Below are positions 17,906 to 27,469 of a stretch of 64,000 nucleotides of DNA, piece after piece; the first letter of the stretch is position 1; every line of letters begins with the position of its first letter. The DNA comes from Candidatus Moraniibacteriota bacterium (GTDB lineage: Bacteria > Patescibacteriota > Minisyncoccia > Moranbacterales > UBA2206). Made by a program: the position numbers and the translations under genes. The notes under the pieces were generated by a model. The model was not told the DNA's origin. It saw only the letters and a list, made by a program, of their open reading frames with translations, and searched no databases. The DNA lies in assembly GCA_049297495.1 (NCBI GenBank), contig JBAQUL010000015.1:609-64608 (forward strand). The letters are read 5' to 3'.

Positions 17906-20623
17906 GTGATTAAATCAAAGAAAAAGCTTATGAATGACTTAAAGTTTAGTATTTTAATTCCGACATACAAGGGTGCAGGTATTATCGGAGAAACTTTGCG
18001 TAGTATTCTTTCACAAAGTTTCACGAATTACGAGATTATTATTCAAGAAGATGCTTCGGGTGATAATATCGAGGAAGTGATAAGGGAATTTAATGATCCG
18101 AGGATTAAGTTTTTTCGTAATGCTAAAAATTTGAGCTACGCTGTAAATATGGAGGCTGGTCGAAAAAACTGCACAGGGGATATCCTTTATTTAATGGGTC
18201 AGGATGATATATTGGGGACGGACGCACTTTTAAATACTTACAATGCTTTCAAGAGTTCTGATGATGTTGGCGCTGTGACAAGGCCATACTATTGGTTTGA
18301 TAAAGAGATTACTGTTCCCGTGAGGGCCAAAAAACAGCTCAATCCAGAAGAAGATGAAATTATTAAAATTACAGATAAATATAGTAGGATTCTAGACGTC
18401 TTCAAGACTCTCGATCAGTTGTCTGGCTTGGCGTATCGAGTTAAGTATATGGATAGAGGATTCCATCCAGATTGCTTTCCTTGCCACATTTATCCCTTCG
18501 CTTCAATTTTCAAAAAGCATCCTGTTGTGTTCTTGAAAGATTATAATATCGCCGTACGAATTAGCAGTAGTCAGACAAGAAGTATATCTTCGATTTATGA
18601 TAAATCTCCGATGCAGAGTTGGGTAGAGATGTTTGAGACTGTTTTTTCGGAAAACAAATTTAGGCAACTTGAAAGATATTGCGTCCGGAATTTTGTGGCT
18701 GTAAACTATGTGGGACTAGTTCAGTTGAGAAATTTTGCCAAATATCGCTATCTCTTGAGAGAGATTTATTATCTAGTAAGGTATCGCTGGGACAATCTTC
18801 TTAGTTTGCAGTTTTGGTTTTTCAGTTTGGGCTGTGCCATTGCTCCACCGTTTCTGTTAATTCCGATGGTTGATTGGTGGAAAAGTAAAATTTATTCAAA
18901 AAAATTAAAGCATATAAAATTTGATTATCAATTGAGTAATATTAAAATTAATGAAACGAATCATATGAAAGGTGTAAAGACATTAGGTATCACAGCTCCT
19001 ATTTCAGAAAATTCTGCTGCTTGTATTATGGTAGATGGAAAATTAATCTCTTTTGTTGAAGAAGAAAGATTTAATGGTATCAAGCATGCTCCACGCATGA
19101 TCCCAAAAAGAGCCATTGCCTATTGCTTAAATGAAGCGAATATTAAGTTATCGGATATTGATTATATCGCCGTGGGGTTTGATAGTGTTTTTAAGAGTTG
19201 GGGTAAAAATATCATATCTAATTTAGTTGAGGGAAATTTTGGTCGGCTTATCCGTGAAAATGGGGCTTATCTTGAGTATTTTCTTAATATGATTAAGTTA
19301 AATGACTTCCTGCTTACCTTGGATGAAAGCGGATCTTTTAAGAAGAAGTTTAGATATGTGCCTCATCATATCGCTCATGCTGCCAGTGCGGCGCGTTTTT
19401 CTGGATTTTCTGAGTCAATTGTTATAACTCTTGATGGAGTAGGTGAAGATAACGCAGGGCTTCAGGGCTATTTTAAGAATAATAAAATTTCTGTTTATAA
19501 ATATATCGGCATAAATCAATCTTTGGGCTGGCTCTATTCTACGGTTACTAAGATTTGCGGATTTAAGCCGCATAGTCATGAAGGGAAAGTTATGGGACTT
19601 GCTGCATATGGAAAAGCGGACATTGAAATGTTATCTGGGATTGCAACACTCACTAGAGATGGATATGTTTTGGAAAAAAATTGGACGAGTAAGATAGAAA
19701 AGAAGATACCCGAAAGAGAAAAAAAAGATGAATTGAATGACGTTTATAAAAATTTAGCAGCAACAACACAGTTTTTCTTAGAAGAAGCTGTTATTAGACT
19801 GGCAAAAAGTCTTTTCCAAAAAACAAAGATAAAAAATATTTGCTTAGCTGGTGGGGTGGCACTTAACTGCGATACTAATGCAAAACTTATTGAGCTTGAT
19901 ATTTTTGAAAATATTTATATTCAGCCGGCGGCAAATGATGCTGGAACAGCGCTGGGAGCTGCTGCAGAAGTTTATGCAAATGAAACATCGAATATGTGCG
20001 AGGAATTAAAACACGCTTATTATGGACCTAGCTACGGGGAAGAAGAAATTGAAACATTATTCAAGGAGTCAAAGATAGCATATCGGAAAATAATCGGAGT
20101 TTCTGAAATTGCAAAAATGATTCATGAGGGGAAAATCATCGGATGGTTTAATGGACGCATGGAATTTGGTCCACGAGCTCTTGGTAATCGCTCTATCATT
20201 GCTAGTCCTTTGATTCCTGAAATGAAAGACAAAATTAACAGTGAGGTAAAACATCGGGAAGGCTGGCGACCATTTTCTCCCTCAGTTCTTAAGGAGTATA
20301 CTGGAGAATATTTTGAGAATTATCATCATTCTCCGTTTATGCTTCTTACTTTTAAAACAAAGAGTGAGAAAGCGGATAGGCTTCGCGCAGCTATTCATGT
20401 AGATGATACTGCGAGAGTCCAAGAAGTTTCCCAAGAAACAAATCCCAGGTATCATGAGCTTATTAGCGAATTTTATAAATTGTCTGGAGTTCCTGCCGTA
20501 TTAAATACTTCCTTTAACGATAGAGATAAGCCAATTTGCCTTACCCCTCGGGATGCGCTTCAGACTTTTTATTCTACGGGAATAGATGTCTTGGTGGTGG
20601 AGAATTTTGTTGTGGAAAAATAA
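17906..20623 (+). CDS. Fusion protein: an N-terminal GT2 glycosyltransferase joined to a C-terminal carbamoyltransferase of the NodU/CmcH/TobZ family
   Basis: Residues 1-300 form the GT2 domain (FSILIPTYKG, QEDASGD). Residues about 330-905 form the carbamoyltransferase, with its hallmark YVPHHIAHAASA and an ASKEMG-like Kae1/YrdC fold. Confidence 0.7.
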   Translation: MIKSKKKLMNDLKFSILIPTYKGAGIIGETLRSILSQSFTNYEIIIQEDASGDNIEEVIREFNDPRIKFFRNAKNLSYAVNMEAGRKNCTGDILYLMGQDDILGTDALLNTYNAFKSSDDVGAVTRPYYWFDKEITVPVRAKKQLNPEEDEIIKITDKYSRILDVFKTLDQLSGLAYRVKYMDRGFHPDCFPCHIYPFASIFKKHPVVFLKDYNIAVRISSSQTRSISSIYDKSPMQSWVEMFETVFSENKFRQLERYCVRNFVAVNYVGLVQLRNFAKYRYLLREIYYLVRYRWDNLLSLQFWFFSLGCAIAPPFLLIPMVDWWKSKIYSKKLKHIKFDYQLSNIKINETNHMKGVKTLGITAPISENSAACIMVDGKLISFVEEERFNGIKHAPRMIPKRAIAYCLNEANIKLSDIDYIAVGFDSVFKSWGKNIISNLVEGNFGRLIRENGAYLEYFLNMIKLNDFLLTLDESGSFKKKFRYVPHHIAHAASAARFSGFSESIVITLDGVGEDNAGLQGYFKNNKISVYKYIGINQSLGWLYSTVTKICGFKPHSHEGKVMGLAAYGKADIEMLSGIATLTRDGYVLEKNWTSKIEKKIPEREKKDELNDVYKNLAATTQFFLEEAVIRLAKSLFQKTKIKNICLAGGVALNCDTNAKLIELDIFENIYIQPAANDAGTALGAAAEVYANETSNMCEELKHAYYGPSYGEEEIETLFKESKIAYRKIIGVSEIAKMIHEGKIIGWFNGRMEFGPRALGNRSIIASPLIPEMKDKINSEVKHREGWRPFSPSVLKEYTGEYFENYHHSPFMLLTFKTKSEKADRLRAAIHVDDTARVQEVSQETNPRYHELISEFYKLSGVPAVLNTSFNDRDKPICLTPRDALQTFYSTGIDVLVVENFVVEK

Positions 20624-20640
20624 CTTTTTAATGGCAATCA

Positions 20641-21327
20641 ATGAAAACTATTATTAATAAATTACATAAGTCTGCCTTTCTTGGAAAATTGGTCCATACC
20701 CTAGATTATTGTCTCAAAAAAGAGTTGGGCGATTGTGAGACGGTTTTGGATTTGGGATGTGGACCATCATCTCCAGTCCAATTTTGCAAAAATATTAAAT
20801 ATAGCGTAGGCGTAGAGGCATTTCCTCCATATCTCAAGGCATCGAAAGAAAGAAAAATACACAATGAGTATTTAGCTAAAAAAATTGAAGAGCTAGATTT
20901 TCCTGAAAATAGTTTTGATGCGGTTATTATGATTGAAGTGTTGGAGCATTTGCCTCAAGAGCTAGGATTGGAAATATTAAAGAAGGCGGAGCTGTGGGCA
21001 AGAAAAAAAGTAATTGTTTCTTCTCCAAATGGCTTTATTGCTCAAAAAGAAGTAGATGGGAATCCTTTACAAAAACATCTTTCTGGTTGGGATTATGAAA
21101 AAATGAAAGGACTAAAATATGACAGTCAGGGCTTAGCTGGTTTGAATTGTTTGAGGCAAGAGGTGCAAAATGATACAATGGGAGATGATTTTATGACATC
21201 GATAAAATTTTGGCCAAAACCTTTTTGGTTTATTGTGGCAACTGTGAGTCAAGTGTTTGTATACTACATTCCGTCATTAGCTTTTGAATTATTTTCGGTA
21301 AAAAATAAACAAGAAAAGAAAGGTTAA
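20641..21327 (+). CDS. Class I SAM-dependent methyltransferase with a C-terminal hydrophobic tail
   Basis: It has the SAM-binding motif VLDLGCGPSS and the motif IMIEVLEHL. Confidence 0.65.
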   Translation: MKTIINKLHKSAFLGKLVHTLDYCLKKELGDCETVLDLGCGPSSPVQFCKNIKYSVGVEAFPPYLKASKERKIHNEYLAKKIEELDFPENSFDAVIMIEVLEHLPQELGLEILKKAELWARKKVIVSSPNGFIAQKEVDGNPLQKHLSGWDYEKMKGLKYDSQGLAGLNCLRQEVQNDTMGDDFMTSIKFWPKPFWFIVATVSQVFVYYIPSLAFELFSVKNKQEKKG

Positions 21328-21338
21328 GTAGTATTTAA

Positions 21339-22568
21339 TTGGTCTTGGGTATGGATAATGGTAAATTTATTATGTCGCAAAAAATAAACGATAGGAAAAT
21401 AGCTTTATTTATGTTGCCACTGTTGACATGTGGTGCTGGTGCCGAGAAGTATTTTATAAATTTAGCTAAAAATTTCAATGACAGGGGGATTCGGGCGGAT
21501 GTTATCACAATGGATGAAGCTTTTTATAGAAAATTCATAAGAGCGCTTCATATTTTTGTTTGTGGCAATTTTTTTGGAAAAATAGATTCCCTTAGGGAAA
21601 CCGAACGGTCGGTGATTGATCAAATGGGTGGCGCAAAATGGATAAAAGTTTCCCGGAGAAATTTAAAAAAAACCTTAAATAGTTACGACATTATCTATTC
21701 AAAAAATGAACTAGTTGACCTTTTTTTATTGAAAATTATCGGCTATAAAAAATTGCCACCAGTAATAGTTGGAGTTCATACGCCTATTTTATATCCCTCT
21801 ACAAAAACTTTTTTATCTAAATTGCATAATTTTCTTTACATGGGGGCTGTGTATCGCGCCCTATTGAAGGGGGTCAAATGCGTCCATTTATCTAATAAAT
21901 TCACAAAAGATCTGGTTGATAATGCCTTTAATGTTAAGACAGAATTAATATATTATCCATTTTCAGTTAGCGATATAAAAGAGCGATCTTTAAACAATAA
22001 ATACCCCGATATTTTTGACAGCAAAAAACTTAATATAGCATTCGTGGCGAGGTTGGGCGAGCAGAAAGGAGTGGATGATTTAGCTGAAATTATAACGAAG
22101 CTGTCATTGGAAGTGGGATTAATAAAAAATATCAAAATGAATATATTTGGCAGTGGTGACAAAGAAAAAGAAGATATGATAAGGGATTTGGCTGTGAGGT
22201 ATTCTTTTGTGGAGTATTTTGGTCATATCGAAAATAAATATATACCAAATATTTTATCCAAAAGCGATCTTTTCATTTCAACGGCAAAATGGGAAACATT
22301 GCCGTTTAATGTTTTGGAGGCGCAAGCGATGGGATTGCCAGTGATAGCTTTTGATATTCCTGGACCTAGGGATATTATCGTGAATAATGTGACGGGCTAT
22401 CTTGTTAAGAATAATGAGGAATTTTTAGATAAAATTTTAGAATTTAAGAGGGATAGTTTTAAAAAAGAAAATATATCAAAAAATATCGAAAATAAATTTG
22501 AGCCCAGTATTATCTATGAGAAAATATTGAAAATGTTTAAAGATTGCATGTTTCAAGATAAAAAATAA
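21339..22568 (+). CDS. Family-4 glycosyltransferase
   Basis: It has the GT-B C-terminal domain motifs FVARLGEQKGVD and EAQAMGLPVIAFD. Confidence 0.7.
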   Translation: MVLGMDNGKFIMSQKINDRKIALFMLPLLTCGAGAEKYFINLAKNFNDRGIRADVITMDEAFYRKFIRALHIFVCGNFFGKIDSLRETERSVIDQMGGAKWIKVSRRNLKKTLNSYDIIYSKNELVDLFLLKIIGYKKLPPVIVGVHTPILYPSTKTFLSKLHNFLYMGAVYRALLKGVKCVHLSNKFTKDLVDNAFNVKTELIYYPFSVSDIKERSLNNKYPDIFDSKKLNIAFVARLGEQKGVDDLAEIITKLSLEVGLIKNIKMNIFGSGDKEKEDMIRDLAVRYSFVEYFGHIENKYIPNILSKSDLFISTAKWETLPFNVLEAQAMGLPVIAFDIPGPRDIIVNNVTGYLVKNNEEFLDKILEFKRDSFKKENISKNIENKFEPSIIYEKILKMFKDCMFQDKK

Positions 22569-22581
22569 CAGATAAACATTA

Positions 22582-23322
22582 ATGAAATTAAAAACGAACA
22601 TTAGGCTTTTTATCTCGCCATATTTTTTAGCTAGAAGGATAATTTTAAAAGATCTCGCAGATGTCTTGGATAAGCATGATCTTGGAAAAAATGTTTTAGA
22701 TTTTGGTTGCGGAGATAAGCCCTACGCGAATTTATTTGCAAAAAAAGGTATAAAATATGTAGGGATAGATTTTCAGGCACATTCAGTCAATAAAGATTTT
22801 AGCGGGCAACATCCTGATGTGTATTTTGGAAAAGATTACTTGAATGATTTTAAGATGGACTTTGATGATGATAGTTTCGATAGTGTGGTTTCCTTTCAGG
22901 TCTTAGAGCATCACAAAAACCCACAATACATGATTGGTGAAATAGCGAGAATAACTAAATCCGGGGGGTTTTTGCTAATTACTTGTCCGTTTCTGGGTGG
23001 ACTACATGAGGAGCCTTATGATTATCAGCGACTAACGAAATATGGATTAAGAGAGATATTGAAAAGAAATAATTACGAAATCGTAAAATTTAAAAAACAG
23101 GGATCGATTTTTTCTACAATCTCAATGCTGTTGAATGAATATTTAAATGCTATTGCTGCAAAGGATAGGTTGCATTATTATTTGGCAGCAACCATATATC
23201 CACCATTTTTAATTTTTCAATATATAGCATTAATACTAGATTTGATTTTCAAATCCGACACAATATTTTTTAATCAAATTATTTTAGCGAAAAAGATTGA
23301 TGATATTTATGTTAAAACATGA
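22582..23322 (+). CDS. Class I SAM-dependent methyltransferase
   Basis: It has VLDFGCGDKPYA and SFQVLEHH motifs. Confidence 0.65.
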   Translation: MKLKTNIRLFISPYFLARRIILKDLADVLDKHDLGKNVLDFGCGDKPYANLFAKKGIKYVGIDFQAHSVNKDFSGQHPDVYFGKDYLNDFKMDFDDDSFDSVVSFQVLEHHKNPQYMIGEIARITKSGGFLLITCPFLGGLHEEPYDYQRLTKYGLREILKRNNYEIVKFKKQGSIFSTISMLLNEYLNAIAAKDRLHYYLAATIYPPFLIFQYIALILDLIFKSDTIFFNQIILAKKIDDIYVKT

Positions 23323-26116
23323 GAAAGGTTCACGCAGATCAAAAATAACATTTATGTTTCTTAGCGCGCTGACACTTTTATCGCTAGGCGCCTTTTTTTT
23401 ATTCAGGAATCATTTAACTACTCTCTTATTTGCCAGTTCAGACACTCAGTTAGGAGTAAATAGCTTCCATGATTTGTGGCAAAGCCTGTTTACTTGGAAT
23501 GAATCAGCAAGCAATTCTCAGGGTGCGTATTTTCCTTCTTTTTTCCCTAGCTTACTGAGAGCGATTTTTGAGTCATTGGGATTTCCAATAACAAGTTTTT
23601 TATCGGTAATCTTTCTATTTTGCGCGGTTATTTATTTTTTCTACAAGGTGACAGTTGAAATTATCGAATTGCACAGAGTTTCTTATCGGTGGCTTATTTT
23701 GGCTATCGCTCTCTTCTTAATTGCTAATGAAATGATCAGAGTTTGGCTTATTTCCAATCTAATTCTAATCTGGAGCTTGTTTCTTTTTCTTGTTTCTTTT
23801 TTCTTTTTTCTGAAATCTAAAAATAGCTCCGAATATAAGGGGTATTTATTTTTATTGCTAATCGTGTCGTTATTTGTAGCGATTGATTTTCACTCATTTC
23901 TATTGTTGATAATTTTTATAGCATCTTTTTCGGTAGTAGAATTTTTTGTAGGAAGAAATATGACAAATGAAAAGGCAGGTAATTTACCTTCTTTTAAAAA
24001 AAGTATCATATTTTTATCTATATTTTTAGCGTTGAACAGCTATTGGATTTTGAATAATCTTTATTCTGCATTTGCGGGAATTTCTGCTTATGTAAAATAT
24101 ACAGGGAATTCTGGTCAGACAGAAGGCATATTGAATTACGTTACTACATATTCCAATCAATCATCCTTAAATTTTATTTTATCAACAACCAATGATCATA
24201 TGGATAAATTTTATCCTGCGTTGTTTGCTTCTTTTGATATGGGTGGCTCCTTTGTTTTTGTATTGTTGGCGTTTTTTAGCCTTTTTTTCATAAACAAGGA
24301 TCAAAATGTAGGGAGAAAGAAAAGGCTCGCCACTCTTTGGATTCTGTATCTGATCTTCTTTACTTTTTCTTTGGGGCCAAATAATCCTACGGGAATTTTT
24401 GGTATTTTTTGGAACTATGTTCCCGGGTTTAAACTTTTTCGGGATTATTTTAAGTTTAATAGATTGATTTTGCCAATATTAGCCATTCTGATAGCTTATT
24501 CTTCAATAAATATATTGGATTTTTTGAAAAATAAAAAACAAAAAATATTTTTTTCTGGACTCATTGTGCTTGTCGTTATAATAAAGTTTATTCCCTTTTA
24601 TTTCCTATTTCCAAAATACGAGCCCTTCAAGATTCCAGTGCATTATTATCAAATTAATGAATATTTATCAAAAAAGAAGATTGATGGTAAGGTGCAAATA
24701 ATGCCAGTGATAAGTTGGATGCAAACATTTGAATGGTCAAATCAAGTTCTCGATATGCAGGATCCAATGAAGCATTTTTCTCCAAAGCCGATATTTTACA
24801 ACAATGTTACATATGAAGAAAGTTATAATGACAAACTCAATAAGCAATTGCAAAATTATTTGATTGCTGACGATAAACGATTTTTGAATTATGAAAACAC
24901 TAGAAGTGTGGGATTTTTGGTGGCTAGAAGTGATCTGGGTGCTGATTTTTTAGAAAAGAAAAAAACGGATGTAAATTTCATTGGACAAGATGTTATTCTG
25001 GCGGGTGCTGATAATAGTAGTTTTTTGACGGATAAAACTGAGATTGGAAAGCTGTCGATTTATGAGTTAAATAAGGATCAGTTTCTCCCGCATTTCTATA
25101 CTCCACAAAACTCTCTTGTTTCCGGTCGTCCAATTGAAAGCCTTCCCCTGATCCTTTCGGATAAAGATTGGCAAATCCGCTCAGCTGTTTTTTTGGCTGG
25201 GCAGAATGGTGGGAAAGAGGGGATGCTGAAAAAAATAAGTAATGCTCCCTCCTCACCCCCTGCCTCGCCGGCAGGCAGGCAGCCCTCTCCTCGGGCAGGA
25301 GAGGGGGCAGATGCATCCGCTCCTTGCGCTGACGAGGGTGGTGTAATGTCACCAACCCTAGAATTCAAAAAAATCAATCCGACAAAATATCGCGTGCGAG
25401 TGCATGGCGCATCAGGTGTTTTCCCTTTGGTGTTTTCGGAGAGTTTTAATGATGGGTGGAAAGGCTATCTGGCTTCGCCAGAAAATTTCAAAGCTCAAAT
25501 TTCCAATTTCAAATCTCAGCCCAAGGCTGATCCGCCTAGGGCGGAAATTTCTAATGACCAAATTTCAAAGTATAAAACATTAGATGGTAATGAAGGGGAT
25601 CAGGCGACGAAAGAGGAATTGCAAGATTTTGTGAGTAATGGCTATGTCACCACATTGGGAGATTCGCGAGAAAAAACCATTGAACACAAAAAATGGGTTA
25701 ATGGAAAAGAGCAGCTTGATTATGTGGAAAAATATAAGATCGATTTTGTCTCCAAGAATTTCCAAGGCACCATTCAAAATGACAATTTGCCTAGTGGCAA
25801 TCTGTTTGAAACTTGGTTTCGGCGTCCGATTGAGAATAATGCCAATCATTTGATGGTCAATGGCTATGCTAATTCGTGGGTGATTGATACGAGCAGTGTG
25901 TGTGACCCCAAGAACAATTCTTCGAATTCTTCAGGGGCTGCCTGCGTTCGAAATGCTGATGGGTCCTATGATTTTGAAATGGTGGTGGAGTTTTGGCCGC
26001 AGAGACTTTTTTACATGGGCTTGGCAATATCCTTATCGACGTTGTTTGGTTGTATCGTATATCTGGGGTATGATTATCGCAAACGAAAAAAGCAAAAAAA
26101 CTTGACCGGAAAATAG
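23297..26116 (+). CDS. Giant polytopic membrane protein, a candidate GT-C-fold (YfhO-like) glycosyltransferase or polymerase
   Basis: It has about 13 N-terminal transmembrane helices, a large extracytoplasmic domain and a C-terminal transmembrane anchor. It contains a GC-rich in-frame insert that encodes a Pro/Ala/Gly-rich linker. Confidence 0.55.
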   Translation: MMIFMLKHEKGSRRSKITFMFLSALTLLSLGAFFLFRNHLTTLLFASSDTQLGVNSFHDLWQSLFTWNESASNSQGAYFPSFFPSLLRAIFESLGFPITSFLSVIFLFCAVIYFFYKVTVEIIELHRVSYRWLILAIALFLIANEMIRVWLISNLILIWSLFLFLVSFFFFLKSKNSSEYKGYLFLLLIVSLFVAIDFHSFLLLIIFIASFSVVEFFVGRNMTNEKAGNLPSFKKSIIFLSIFLALNSYWILNNLYSAFAGISAYVKYTGNSGQTEGILNYVTTYSNQSSLNFILSTTNDHMDKFYPALFASFDMGGSFVFVLLAFFSLFFINKDQNVGRKKRLATLWILYLIFFTFSLGPNNPTGIFGIFWNYVPGFKLFRDYFKFNRLILPILAILIAYSSINILDFLKNKKQKIFFSGLIVLVVIIKFIPFYFLFPKYEPFKIPVHYYQINEYLSKKKIDGKVQIMPVISWMQTFEWSNQVLDMQDPMKHFSPKPIFYNNVTYEESYNDKLNKQLQNYLIADDKRFLNYENTRSVGFLVARSDLGADFLEKKKTDVNFIGQDVILAGADNSSFLTDKTEIGKLSIYELNKDQFLPHFYTPQNSLVSGRPIESLPLILSDKDWQIRSAVFLAGQNGGKEGMLKKISNAPSSPPASPAGRQPSPRAGEGADASAPCADEGGVMSPTLEFKKINPTKYRVRVHGASGVFPLVFSESFNDGWKGYLASPENFKAQISNFKSQPKADPPRAEISNDQISKYKTLDGNEGDQATKEELQDFVSNGYVTTLGDSREKTIEHKKWVNGKEQLDYVEKYKIDFVSKNFQGTIQNDNLPSGNLFETWFRRPIENNANHLMVNGYANSWVIDTSSVCDPKNNSSNSSGAACVRNADGSYDFEMVVEFWPQRLFYMGLAISLSTLFGCIVYLGYDYRKRKKQKNLTGK
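25244..25350. repeat. GC-rich hairpin element A, inserted in-frame within the membrane-protein coding sequence
   Basis: It is a local GC spike in AT-rich DNA. It contains CCGGCAGGCAGG (25268-25279) and the hairpin CTCTCCTCGGGCAGGAGAG. The same 12-mer plus a hairpin of similar style occurs at 58526-58556. Confidence 0.45.
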
Positions 26117-26158
26117 CTTAGTGTTATTATATCAGTATAATAACCTAAAAGAAAAAAT

Positions 26159-27202
26159 ATGAAAAACAAGGGTAAACAACTTGCTTCTGATAATACTTTT
26201 ACGGAATTTCTTCTCTATGCCACGCCAAATGGCAAAGTGAAAGTGGAGATTTTTTTGAAAGATGAAAACATTTGGCTCACACAAAAAAGAATAGCGGATC
26301 TTTTTGGAGTTGGCATACCAGCAATAAACAAACATCTCAAAAATATCTTTGAAAGCGGTGAATTATTGGCAAGTTCAGTTATTTCCAAAATGGAAATAAC
26401 TGCTGATGATGGAAAAAAGTATGAAACTAATTTTTATAATCTTGATGCGATTATCTCTGTGGGTTATCGAGTAAATTCTATGCAAGCGACACAATTCCGC
26501 ATTTGGGCGACCGAGAGGCTCAAGGAATATATCATCAAAGGTTTCACAATGGATGATGATAGGCTTAAGGATCCCTATGGTTTTTTTGGTAAAGACTATT
26601 TCGAAGAGCAATTGGCGAGGATTAGAAATATCCGCTCAAGCGAAAGACGCATGTATCAAAAAGTGACTGATATTTATGCTCAGTGTAGCGCTGATTATAA
26701 TCCAAATGAAGAAATTACCAAACAATTTTTCGCAACCGTGCAGAATAAACTGCATTTTGCTATTACCGGAAAAACTGCCGCAGAAATAATTCATGAGAGG
26801 GTGGGTAGTAAAAAAGCGAATATGGGACTGACTATTTGGAAAAACTCTCCAAAAGGAGCTATTCGAGAGAATGATGTGATAATCGCGAAAAATTACCTGA
26901 ACGAAAAAGAGCTTGATCATTTAAATAGAATTGTCACAATGTATCTTGATTATGCCGAAATGCAAGCTAAGAGTGGAATTCTTATGCGCATGAAAGATTG
27001 GGTGCTAAAGTTGAATGCATTTTTGAAATTTAATGAACGGCAAATACTTAGTAACGTCGGACAAATCAGTCACGAAGTCGCGGAGGCATTGGCACTTGAA
27101 GAATATGAAAAATTTCGAAAAGTGCAAGACAAAAATTATATTTCCGACTTTGATTGTGAAATAAAAAAAGTTCTGGAATCGCAGAAAAAGAAAAGAAAGT
27201 AG
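26159..27202 (+). CDS. RhuM-family virulence protein
   Basis: It matches the RhuM family: WLTQKRIADLFGV, YNLDAIISVGYRVNSMQATQFRIWATERLKEYIIKGFTMDDDRLK. Confidence 0.8.
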   Translation: MKNKGKQLASDNTFTEFLLYATPNGKVKVEIFLKDENIWLTQKRIADLFGVGIPAINKHLKNIFESGELLASSVISKMEITADDGKKYETNFYNLDAIISVGYRVNSMQATQFRIWATERLKEYIIKGFTMDDDRLKDPYGFFGKDYFEEQLARIRNIRSSERRMYQKVTDIYAQCSADYNPNEEITKQFFATVQNKLHFAITGKTAAEIIHERVGSKKANMGLTIWKNSPKGAIRENDVIIAKNYLNEKELDHLNRIVTMYLDYAEMQAKSGILMRMKDWVLKLNAFLKFNERQILSNVGQISHEVAEALALEEYEKFRKVQDKNYISDFDCEIKKVLESQKKKRK

Positions 27203-27469
27203 CCATGGGACATATTCAAAATATTTTTCAAGAAAGTGAATTGGGATTGGATTCAGTATGTCGGGAATCCCGACGAACTGGTGCGGATGGCAAGAAATAC
27301 CTCGCATGATAAGTGGAGTGCATCAATAGACTAATCAAGCAGAAAAGTGATGATTGTTGGGAAATTCAACTGTAAAGAAATTCTTTATAGTTCAAAAAGA
27401 GTAAGCTTTATGAGTAGTTCAACGCAAATAGTGTCTAATTTTCAAAAATAACTAAAAACTCAGGTAGTT

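Noticed and set aside
25244-25350. GC-rich in-frame insert as an intein or a self-splicing intron.
   Set aside because: It is only about 35 codons long, with no intein blocks or a C-terminal His-Asn motif. It encodes a simple Pro/Ala/Gly linker. A small repeat element or linker is the more economical explanation.
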